A DNA stretch of 11,595 bases, taken from IMG/VR virus record IMGVR_UViG_2579778753_000002, positions 1-11,595 of that record; one strand, given 5' to 3'. This stretch comes from a virus. Its lineage: Duplodnaviria; Heunggongvirae; Uroviricota; Caudoviricetes. The notes below the pieces were generated by a model. The model saw only the letters and a program-made list of their open reading frames with translations, did not search any database and was not told where the DNA came from. Shown one piece after another: positions 1 to 7,223 of the stretch. A program made the position numbers and the translations under genes. Within the stretch, counting starts at the first letter, position 1. Each line of letters begins with the position of its first letter.

Positions 1-95
1 AGTTTGCTCCTGCCATAACGTGAAGAAGCAATGACCTGGTGGTCCGTGACTTCCCTACGCTGGCATTATCCAGATCAGGTGATACGGGTATTTCT
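1..95 (-). promoter_or_regulatory. thiM: 3' portion of the thiM TPP riboswitch / thiM 5' leader (thi-box 3' helices, P1 3' strand, SD), cut off from its 5' half by the island
   Basis: Reverse complement of 1-95 reads AGAAATACCCGTATCACCTGATCTGGATAATGCCAGCGTAGGGAAGTCACGGACCACCAGGTCATTGCTTCTTCACGTTATGGCAGGAGCAAACT. I recognise this from memory as the 3' two-thirds of the E. coli thiM thi-box leader ending at the SD (GGAG at 6-9, minus). The thiM ATG would lie immediately left of position 1, outside the window. Confidence 0.85.
82..95. repeat. att core / target-site direct repeat, left copy (ATACGGGTATTTCT)
   Basis: Exact 14-bp direct repeat with 11182-11195. Each copy is joined to one half of the thiM riboswitch sequence on its outer side and to island sequence on its inner side. 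Confidence 0.8.
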
Positions 96-154
96 TACTA
101 ATTTTTGTTATCAGTTGATAATTAATAAGTTTTTAAGCATATAAGAATTAAAAA

Positions 155-230
155 CCTCAAAAATGACCACACAACTGACCACACATTTCGTTGAAGCCCT
201 ACGAACAACGACGAACAATAACAAACAAAA
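155..230. repeat. Arm-type direct repeat (left), containing tandem TGACCACACA x2 and CGAACAA x2
   Basis: About 95% identical to 11031-11106 (4 differences over about 75 bp). In an excised circle the two copies would flank the core at roughly 60 and 85 bp, as integrase arm sites do in attP. Confidence 0.6.
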
Positions 231-466
231 GGGAAATTTGCTGGCAGTTTTGCTTAACCGTTATCATTTTTCGGCTATCCGCTATGAAGCTGGTGGATGA
301 TCACGGATAATCCGTTATGTGGATCCCCATATCGGCATCAGGCCCACCAGCGTGAAGCGTTTTTCATTTTTCGCGGGTATAAAAAATCGATGGGGCTGGC
401 AGTCCGGAAGACGTCAGGGTACAGAGATTTGACCCGCCCCTCCCTGTGCATGAGCACAATAAGTAA

Positions 467-490
467 CCGAAGGCGGAATTCCGCCCTCGG
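467..490 (-). terminator. Candidate intrinsic terminator for the leftward TerS-like/95-aa operon
   Basis: CCGAAGGCGG-AATT-CCGCCCTCGG: 10-bp GC-rich stem with one mismatch and a 4-nt loop. On the minus strand it is followed by TTACTTATTGT (T-rich). Confidence 0.4.
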
Positions 491-522
491 TGCTCACATA
501 TGAGAAACGATATTTCTTACAC

Positions 523-628
523 CGATACCCTTTATTTGGGTATCGCGAGTAAGCCCCAAAATCTGGGTGTTACTCTTACTACCCAAACTACGGGTAGTTT
601 CATAGTCGAGTTGCAGATCTGCAACTCG
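523..628. repeat. Cluster of three inverted repeats / palindromes in the island's terminal non-coding region
   Basis: 523-545 CGATACCC-tttattt-GGGTATCG (8-bp perfect stem). 585-600 AAACTAC-gg-GTAGTTT. 607-628 CGAGTTGCAGATCTGCAACTCG (perfect 22-bp palindrome centred on AGATCT/GATC). Confidence 0.6.
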
Positions 629-675
629 CCACCAGTTGCTAAGTGCATTTTTGCACTTTCGGTAATATCAACCAG

Positions 676-963
676 TTACCGCCGTAAGTGCTCCGGCTTC
701 CTCCACTGGTAAGTATTTTTCGCGCTCTCCCTCCGTTGTTGAGAACGGCGACGGTATGCCAGCAACTCAAGAACTCTGGTTCGTATGTTGCGCATATCCA
801 CGCCGTTAAGCTCAATACCGTCACGGCGCATTACCTCAGCCACCACACGCGCGTAATTTTCAGCGGTGACTGTATCCGGCTGCGCGGCCTGTTCGTCAGC
901 CAACTGGCTGATTCCACCAGCACAGCGGATTAATCGCAGTATTTCAGATTCGGTCATTATCAT
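676..963 (-). CDS. Hypothetical protein, 95 aa, Arg-rich basic C-terminus; translationally coupled to the upstream TerS-like gene
   Basis: ATG at 963-961 overlaps the TGA of the preceding ORF (ATGA overlap at 960-963). Ends in a basic tail (RRRSQQRRESAKNTYQWRKPEHLRR). No family recognised. Confidence 0.55.
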   Translation of the reverse strand: MIMTESEILRLIRCAGGISQLADEQAAQPDTVTAENYARVVAEVMRRDGIELNGVDMRNIRTRVLELLAYRRRSQQRRESAKNTYQWRKPEHLRR

Positions 964-1445
964 GCCTGTTTTGCGACCTCATTCACTACGTCATTTTTTA
1001 CCATCCGGCTGATAATCTGATTACGCAAATCGTCAATAATTGACTGCACTCTGTTTACTGCCATCGGTTTAAGCCCGGCATCACGTGCCAGAATATTGGG
1101 GAGTTTTGCCAGTTCCTCGCTTACGATTTCCCCCCATATAGCCATCTCTTTTCGCACATCATCGGCGGGTATGAGTTGCGCCGTTTCCTGTTCGAACCTG
1201 AGGCGCTCACGTTCGGACTGATACCAGGCCTTACGGTCATGTGGCTCCATTTCTTCCAGTGATGCCGGAACGGGAAGATCAAGAAAACAGGTCAGAATGT
1301 CAGTCACCCGATAGAGTTTTAGCTTGTCATGCCCTCCGGCTGGCTGGATGTTTTTCAGCCTTGCCGCCGCAGTCTGACGACATATTCCCGCTATCGCCGC
1401 CAGTTGATTAATGTTCAGCATCAGATTTTTCAGTTCTCGATCCAT
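960..1445 (-). CDS. Nu1-like small terminase-type HTH protein (candidate satellite TerS or Rpp-like packaging-redirection protein), about 161 aa
   Basis: The ORF-track start at 1532 is a TTG. I prefer the ATG at 1445-1443, preceded by GGAG. The N-terminus (MDRELKNLMLNINQLAAIAGICRQTAAARLKN...LYRVTDIL) has the layout of the lambda Nu1 winged-HTH DNA-binding domain, followed by a predicted helical region. Confidence 0.6.
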   Translation of the reverse strand: MDRELKNLMLNINQLAAIAGICRQTAAARLKNIQPAGGHDKLKLYRVTDILTCFLDLPVPASLEEMEPHDRKAWYQSERERLRFEQETAQLIPADDVRKEMAIWGEIVSEELAKLPNILARDAGLKPMAVNRVQSIIDDLRNQIISRMVKNDVVNEVAKQA

Positions 1446-1716
1446 ACCCGCTCCAGAATGTTTTAAACATGCATCTTGCGAACAACTTTCAGAAGAGGTC
1501 AAAAAATGCGCTATATGTTGAGCATAAAACAAGCAAAATTAACATGCCAAAAATAAAAATACTTAAAATTCAATACAATAGAAAGATGATGATGACGAAT
1601 GAAAATGCAAAAACTAGCCTTTTTCCGCGCCGCTCCCGCCCCGTGGCAGGCCACCTCACCGGGAGGACCCACCCAAAAAAGGCGACTGTCACTATTGTTT
1701 ATGCTCCATGAGCGAC

Positions 1717-1738
1717 AAAACCGCCCGCAGGCGGTTTT
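1717..1738 (-). terminator. Rho-independent terminator (usable in both directions) after the gpI-like gene
   Basis: AAAA-CCGCC-cgca-GGCGG-TTTT, 18 nt downstream of the gpI-like stop (1756). Confidence 0.7.
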
Positions 1739-1755
1739 ACATAAAACGTTTTGTA

Positions 1756-2397
1756 TCAGCGACCAATCACCACAATCTGGCCGCCATCCCCTTCATCTGC
1801 TGTGCTGATCTCTTGCGAAATCACCCGCGACCCGACGCGCATTTCACCGTACAGAACAGGCACAACATTGCCCTGGGCAACCATGTTATCCAGAGAGGAG
1901 AAATAGGTGTTCTGCTTACCGTTATCCGTGGTGCTGGCTGTTGCTGTGCTGGCTTTCGGTGCCAGCATCTGTGCAACACCACCAAGTGTCATCGCCGCCC
2001 CCATTGAAAAGAGAATGTCACTGAAAGCGATACTGATTCCTGGCATCCAGATTGCCGTAGCAATCAGCGCCGCACCAAGCACCGCCTGAAACACGCCGCC
2101 ACTTTTGGCACCAGCCAGACGCGGTACGATGTGGATCACGGCACCATTTTCCAGCGGTTCATTAAGACGGGCTGATAATTCGTTTTCGCCTGTATCACGC
2201 CCGGCAATACGCACCTGATACCAACCATCGCTCAGTTTCTGACGAAACGCTGGGATCTGCATGGCCAGCGCCCGGATGGCTTCGGCCCCCGTTTTCACAT
2301 GAAGATCGATGCGGCGGCCAAATCGTTGTAAATCCCCGTAAAGGCAGATGCGTGCCATGCCCGGTGACGCCAGAGGGAGTGTGTGCGTCGCTGCCAT
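1756..2397 (-). CDS. Lambda gpI-like tail tip assembly protein, 213 aa
   Basis: ATG start with an AGAGAGG RBS. The protein (MAATHTLPLASPGMARICLYGDLQRFGRRIDL...ADEGDGGQIVVIGR) matches my recollection of lambda tail assembly protein I almost end to end, with a shorter Gly/Ala-rich central region. Recalled, not searched. Confidence 0.65.
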   Translation of the reverse strand: MAATHTLPLASPGMARICLYGDLQRFGRRIDLHVKTGAEAIRALAMQIPAFRQKLSDGWYQVRIAGRDTGENELSARLNEPLENGAVIHIVPRLAGAKSGGVFQAVLGAALIATAIWMPGISIAFSDILFSMGAAMTLGGVAQMLAPKASTATASTTDNGKQNTYFSSLDNMVAQGNVVPVLYGEMRVGSRVISQEISTADEGDGGQIVVIGR

Positions 2398-2486
2398 TTG
2401 TCGGTATACCTCTCTCGTTTGCTCAGTTGTTCAGGAATATGGTGCGGCAGCTCGCCGCCCCACGTGTTCAAAGTACCGCCTTGTTG

Positions 2487-4400
2487 TCATGCTCCATTCG
2501 ATTTCAGCAATCCACGATAATCGAGGGCCGCGACACCTGCATCTATGCGCACCTTCCAGGCGACACCATCAACAGTAAAGCCCACCTGCTCCTCAAGATA
2601 TGGCGTATCCATACCATCAAGATAAGCGACTTCTATTGTGTCCATCCCCTTAGCTGCGGCTACATACCATTCCTTGCTATTGGCCTTATCAAGACGTGGC
2701 TCAACAATTACTTCTGCCATATCTTTCACAACGTTAATGATGCCGGGGTTCTGATTGATAGTACCCTCATCACCAACCGGAAAGACTGATGACGATGACA
2801 GAATGGCGCGACGCGCGGCAGATTCCAGCGCGGCAGGGACCAGAACAAAAGCAGGGGTAATATTCAGTGAGTCGCCGTTAGCATCCTCCTGGAGGCGCAT
2901 CAGCTTACGGGCTTCATCAAGCCCCACCATGTCCATATCCTTCGCAATAAGATTTTTATGATCGGCATGGAATAACGCTTTACCATCCGTAAACTTGCCG
3001 TTGCTGGTTAACAGGAGATAAACCAGATTGCCAACTGTTCTGGCGGCTGCGCGTCCCATCGCCATGGGGATTGTAGTTAACTGGGTCAGGTCATCGTTGA
3101 TAATGGCCTGACGGGTAACGGAAAAAATATTCCCGTACGTGGCCAGCGCAATAGGTACACCTTTATCGCTGGTGGTGATGTATTTATATTCCGCACCTTC
3201 CGGTACTTTATCCAGCTTTGAAAAACCATTCAGACCAACGCGCTTTGCTTCATGAAAGTTTGAAAGCGAACCGGTACGCGTCCATTTCTGGAACGTTTCG
3301 CCGCTGTCCTGCCAGCCTTTCAGTACAGATTTTTCAGCCCCACCAGCCAGAATATGAGAAAAATCACTGCTGCTGTGTGTAAAAGCCGCATTAACAACCT
3401 GCGAGCGATTAATAAAACCACTCACAGTGATACCACGATCAACCAGTGATGCCTGGGCCATTTCAAAAAGGCTCATCATCGCGTAAGGGTTGCCTCGTTC
3501 AGGGCGTTCATACCCAAGACGGGAATAAAGCCCCTGACGAATTGCATCACCTGTTATGTTTCCGTTTCCGGCATAGATATGAGGCGGAGTATTTTTATTG
3601 GATGGCGTGGACTCGCGCCCCAGCTCGTTCAACAGCTTTTCACGGGCCATTTCCGGTGTACATGATGCATCTTCCAGACACGCCATTTTGATCCCGTCGT
3701 AACGACTGCCGAACAGGCTAAACACTTCACTTATTCCATTGATGCGCTTCTGTTCATTACCAGCAATATTTGCCGCTCCCTGTGGCGGTGTAATCATTCC
3801 TTTAATGGTTTCCGGCATATGTAAAAAATCTCCTGTGCGCTTCGATTCAATTCGCGCCATTGCTCTGACGGATGGCAACAATTCATCAGCAAAACCGTGC
3901 TTAAGGCATTCTTTCCCGTCCATCCAGGTTTCATCTTCCAGCATGGCGGTAATTTCCTGTGCTGATTTGCCCGTTTTTCTGGCATAAGCAGGGACTAACA
4001 CGGTTTCCACCTTATCCAGCAAATCAGCATAATCACGCATATCACCAGCATTTCCGCCAGAGATACCCCACGGCTTATGTATCATCATCATGGCGTTTTC
4101 CGGCATCACAACACGATCGCCAGCCATTGCGACCACCGAAGCCATTGAAGCCGCAACACCATCGATATAAACCGTAATGTCTGCCGGATGATTCCGTAGC
4201 AGGTTATAGATGGCGATGCCTTCAAACACATCACCACCTGGTGAATGGATCCTCAGATTGATATGTGAAACATCGCCAAGGGCTTTCAGGTCTTCCGCGA
4301 ACTGCTTTGCAGTAACACCGAAGCCGCCAATCTCCTCATAGATAGATATATCCGCCGCTCCGCGAACATCCGCCGCCTTAATGGTGTACCAGCGATTCAT
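2487..4400 (-). CDS. Fusion of ClpP/S14-type prohead protease (N-terminal), linker/scaffold-like segment and HK97-fold major capsid protein (C-terminal), 637 aa
   Basis: N-terminus has ClpP-like motifs (HSPGGDVFEGIAIYN, GVAASMASVVAMAGD, MMMIHKPWG). The C-terminal 350 aa or so looks like a phage major capsid protein (ITPAFVLVPAALESAARRAI..., FTVDGVAWKVRIDAGVAALDYRG). ATG start with a GGGGGAA RBS. Long ORF with no internal stops. Confidence 0.85.
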   Translation of the reverse strand: MNRWYTIKAADVRGAADISIYEEIGGFGVTAKQFAEDLKALGDVSHINLRIHSPGGDVFEGIAIYNLLRNHPADITVYIDGVAASMASVVAMAGDRVVMPENAMMMIHKPWGISGGNAGDMRDYADLLDKVETVLVPAYARKTGKSAQEITAMLEDETWMDGKECLKHGFADELLPSVRAMARIESKRTGDFLHMPETIKGMITPPQGAANIAGNEQKRINGISEVFSLFGSRYDGIKMACLEDASCTPEMAREKLLNELGRESTPSNKNTPPHIYAGNGNITGDAIRQGLYSRLGYERPERGNPYAMMSLFEMAQASLVDRGITVSGFINRSQVVNAAFTHSSSDFSHILAGGAEKSVLKGWQDSGETFQKWTRTGSLSNFHEAKRVGLNGFSKLDKVPEGAEYKYITTSDKGVPIALATYGNIFSVTRQAIINDDLTQLTTIPMAMGRAAARTVGNLVYLLLTSNGKFTDGKALFHADHKNLIAKDMDMVGLDEARKLMRLQEDANGDSLNITPAFVLVPAALESAARRAILSSSSVFPVGDEGTINQNPGIINVVKDMAEVIVEPRLDKANSKEWYVAAAKGMDTIEVAYLDGMDTPYLEEQVGFTVDGVAWKVRIDAGVAALDYRGLLKSNGA

Positions 4401-4606
4401 TGTTCCCCCACCGATGCAAAACCATTCTGATTAAGCCAGGTGTTTACGGCATGTCTGACAATCTGCGCCACACCTGGTAATGGTTGGTCAGGATGATGAT
4501 TTATATGGTCGATCCTGTACTGCTTAAGGCGCATAACGGTCTGCGCATCCAGATGAACGGAACCACCTCTGGTATCACCTGTATTCAGGTCATTAATACA
4601 ACTCAC
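4397..4606 (-). CDS. Hypothetical small protein (69 aa), translationally coupled to the protease-capsid gene
   Basis: GTG start at 4606 preceded by AGAGGAAG. Its TGA overlaps the ATG of the capsid gene (ATGA at 4397-4400). Confidence 0.5.
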   Translation of the reverse strand: MSCINDLNTGDTRGGSVHLDAQTVMRLKQYRIDHINHHPDQPLPGVAQIVRHAVNTWLNQNGFASVGEQ

Positions 4607-4708
4607 AGCAACTTCCTCTGACTGACTAAACTATGCACATTATTGATCGATAAAAGTGGTAAATAAACATGTTTCTATCATAAAAACAGATTAATTAGAT
4701 TCAGACAC

Positions 4709-4731
4709 AAAAAAGCCGGATTTCTCCGGCT
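4709..4731 (-). terminator. Rho-independent terminator ending the replication operon / ori region
   Basis: On the minus strand: AGCCGGA-gaaa-TCCGGCT followed by TTTTTTG. Confidence 0.65.
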
Positions 4732-4867
4732 TCTGTCACTCGTTGCTTAAAACGGTATGTTATCCCCGTACGGATCATCATTCCCCGCCTGTTGTTTTGG
4801 TGTGCTTCGCTGTCATAGGCTTTATCTCACAGCAGTAAATTAAAATTTTTGCGTTTTAACCCTTCAC

Positions 4868-5090
4868 CTGTTCACCTTTTGATATTTTCTCTTTTAATTC
4901 ATAATGTTAAGGGGTGAACAGTTTCAAAAAAACTATTCACCAACTGTTCACCACTGTTCACCCTTGAAGCTCAATAAACAATCAAAAAGGTGAACAGTGA
5001 ATAGTTTGGTGAACAGTTCATAAATAACTGTTCACCCTATAATATACTGATATAAAAGATATTTATGACAGGGTGAACAGTGGTGAACAG
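4868..5090. repeat. Iteron array (at least 9 copies of GGTGAACAG / CTGTTCACC in both orientations) with an AT-rich stretch: candidate P4-type origin of replication
   Basis: Direct copies at 4913, 4989, 5009, 5072, 5082. Inverted copies at 4868, 4944, 4954, 5029. Degenerate copies at 4933 and 4997. AT-rich 5041-5069. Sits immediately 3' of the alpha-like gene. The motif contains TGTTCACC, which I recall as the P4 alpha-binding type I iteron. Confidence 0.75.
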
Positions 5091-5103
5091 TTATTCCATA
5101 AGT

Positions 5104-6921
5104 TTAATTTTTGCTATCGTCATTAGTGACCGATACACATGATGGCATCCAGTCTTCTGATTCCTCCGTCAGTGTCACGTTTGAACGCAAACCGTGCTTC
5201 GTTTTCCGTTTCATATACTCCCTGCCATATTCCGCCATTGCCCCCGGCATATCTTTACCGAAGCGCGTCAGTGTTACAGGTTTACCAAACCCATGTGCCC
5301 TCATATAAGCCAGATAGGCATGATAGAGATACCTGCGTGGGCTGAATGGCACAATTTCAGCATTACCCACTAACAGGCCATCACACATTACCGACGCCAT
5401 GAGATAGCCGCAGAAGTCCACCAGCGAATCCCCCTCTCGCTTTATCGCCAGTGCTTCTTCTGATTTCTGCTGCTCATATAACAGGCGTCTGGCTTCGTCC
5501 TGGTCAGCAAACCGTGTAAGCAGATGGCGAATCACTACCGCCAGCTCACCTTCTATTTTTTCCGCCAGCATTGGATCACGTTCGTTCTCCGGTACAACTT
5601 CCGAAAAATTGAATATCACCCGACGACGTGAGATCCCCCCGCTGCGGTCACTGAATGACATGGCGTTATTGTTAACCGCCAGCACTACTGCCGGAATACG
5701 CGTTGAGTAGGGGGCTTTGTGTTTCGGGTCAATTGCCACCTTGTCACCGCCTGTAATAGCCTTAATCCCTGCCCCATCACCAGCGTAGCGGGTCATATCC
5801 GGCATGATAATCAGCGAAAAGCCAACCACTAACGCGCGTTCCCTTGCATCTTCCAGCGCCTTCATGCTTGCCGATACTGTGTTGGCCTTACCCGCCAGCA
5901 TGGTGCAAATCTCCGCCATCACGCTTTTACCACTTCCCCCTGGACCTGTTACCTCAATGAATAACTGCCAGTCGTACCGGTTCGCCAGCACCATGAATAA
6001 TGCAGCCAGTACGCGATCCGCCTTGCGGTCATTCTCAGCCACCGAACGGCGTAACCACTTCCAGAAATTCGGCGCATGTGTTGCCAGCATTTCCCCCTCT
6101 GCTGGTGGGCTGAAAGGTAATTCACTGGCAATTAACAACCAGTCGTTTTTGTTATGCTCCCGAAAATTACCTGTTCTGGTATCAAATACCCCGTTACTGA
6201 ATCCAATCAGGTTACGGGCTGTATTCCCCATTACAGGCAAACTTAACTTCATGGTATCGACCGCCGATTTAATGGCGTTCTGCGAATAGCTGATCTCCGC
6301 ATCAATGAAAATCTGCGCCATAGCTCGCTGTAATTCTTTATCCTGTACTGGCTCCCATACAACGCCGTTGTAATGGTGAACAGTGTCAGAGTCAGCATGA
6401 ATCGCCAGTTCACCGCCATAATGTGCCAGGAGAACTTCGCCGCGTTGACTTGCTCCCATCTGGTTAAGCGCCAGTGATGAAGCGTTATCGTCTTTTACCC
6501 GCTCTTTTTTCTTTACAGGCAGTTCAACTACCTTTTTCTTTTCCTCCAGCTCTGCCCGTTCACGTTCCAGATATTCGCGCCAGTTCTCCCGTTTCTGGCT
6601 GTGCATTCCTTCAGGGTAATAATCAGCATCCCTGACACCTGCCGCTGCCAGTTTCTGCCCGATGGTATTAACAAGCCCCGGACGCAATAACCCCGCCTGA
6701 TAGAGACGCACGCGATAGCGTCCGTCCGGTACGATTTGCAGGTTGTCCAGTTCGGCAAGTTGTTGCTCTCCAAGCCAGACAGGAGGCACGTTATCGCCAG
6801 CCAGTCGCCCGTCCTGTTCCTGCCACTGCTTCGCATGTGCCCACGCATTACTACCCGCAAAAATGATGACTTCCGTCATTTTGTCACGCGGCTGGTGTTT
6901 TAAATTTGGCGCTTTTTTCAT
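5104..6921 (-). CDS. P4 alpha-like replication protein (D5_N-type domain plus SF3 helicase with Walker A GPGGSGKS; phage/plasmid primase P4-family C-terminal region)
   Basis: About 605 aa from the ATG at 6921 (GGAG RBS); the ORF track extends to a GTG at 6936. Walker A VTGPGGSGKS, Walker B-like LVVGFSLIIMPD. Adjacent to the iteron array. Confidence 0.85.
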   Translation of the reverse strand: MKKAPNLKHQPRDKMTEVIIFAGSNAWAHAKQWQEQDGRLAGDNVPPVWLGEQQLAELDNLQIVPDGRYRVRLYQAGLLRPGLVNTIGQKLAAAGVRDADYYPEGMHSQKRENWREYLERERAELEEKKKVVELPVKKKERVKDDNASSLALNQMGASQRGEVLLAHYGGELAIHADSDTVHHYNGVVWEPVQDKELQRAMAQIFIDAEISYSQNAIKSAVDTMKLSLPVMGNTARNLIGFSNGVFDTRTGNFREHNKNDWLLIASELPFSPPAEGEMLATHAPNFWKWLRRSVAENDRKADRVLAALFMVLANRYDWQLFIEVTGPGGSGKSVMAEICTMLAGKANTVSASMKALEDARERALVVGFSLIIMPDMTRYAGDGAGIKAITGGDKVAIDPKHKAPYSTRIPAVVLAVNNNAMSFSDRSGGISRRRVIFNFSEVVPENERDPMLAEKIEGELAVVIRHLLTRFADQDEARRLLYEQQKSEEALAIKREGDSLVDFCGYLMASVMCDGLLVGNAEIVPFSPRRYLYHAYLAYMRAHGFGKPVTLTRFGKDMPGAMAEYGREYMKRKTKHGLRSNVTLTEESEDWMPSCVSVTNDDSKN

Positions 6922-7217
6922 TTCTGCTCTCTCCACGCGGCAATCATGTTTTTCAGTTCCTGTAGTTTTTTATCAACATCCATACATGACACATGGTTAT
7001 TTCTGGAAGGCGGGATTTCCCGCCGGAATCTGCAAATAAAGATCTCCACGTTCAGCGAACTATGAAATGAATAGCCATCACGAATAAAATACACACGGTC
7101 AAACATCAGTTCTTTTACCGTTACTCTGTTACCGTTCTTATCCAGATAAATAGCGCCGGGGATAATTTTGGGGTGTGCATAACCGCTGGCAGTCAAGCCA
7201 GATATATATGTTCTCAT
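6918..7217 (-). CDS. Hypothetical protein (99 aa), translationally coupled to the alpha-like gene
   Basis: ATG start. Its TGA overlaps the ATG of the alpha-like gene (ATGA at 6918-6921). No family recognised. Confidence 0.55.
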   Translation of the reverse strand: MRTYISGLTASGYAHPKIIPGAIYLDKNGNRVTVKELMFDRVYFIRDGYSFHSSLNVEIFICRFRREIPPSRNNHVSCMDVDKKLQELKNMIAAWREQK

Positions 7218-7223
7218 GATTAT

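Noticed and set aside
1-160. tRNA or tmRNA gene as the integration target
   Set aside because: No cloverleaf or CCA-type structure at either junction. The flanking sequence is the thiM riboswitch instead.
297-933. Plus- and minus-strand ORFs of 60-81 aa (297-503, 500-712, 639-824, 688-933)
   Set aside because: No RBS, they overlap each other or the 95-aa gene antisense, and their composition is unlike coding sequence. The region is better explained as structured non-coding DNA with palindromes.
1600-1717. Canonical lambda cosN (GGGCGGCGACCT)
   Set aside because: No exact or near-exact match. Only general GC-rich resemblance.
1469-4177. Plus-strand ORFs nested in or opposite the TerS-like, gpI-like and capsid genes (e.g. 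1708-2007, 2352-2789, 3446-3691, 3739-3987, 3959-4177)
   Set aside because: They lie antisense to or inside long, well-supported minus-strand genes, lack RBSs, and are typical shadow ORFs.
4868-5090. Possible CRISPR array
   Set aside because: The repeats are only 9 bp, occur in both orientations with irregular spacing and no uniform spacers. This is characteristic of replication iterons.
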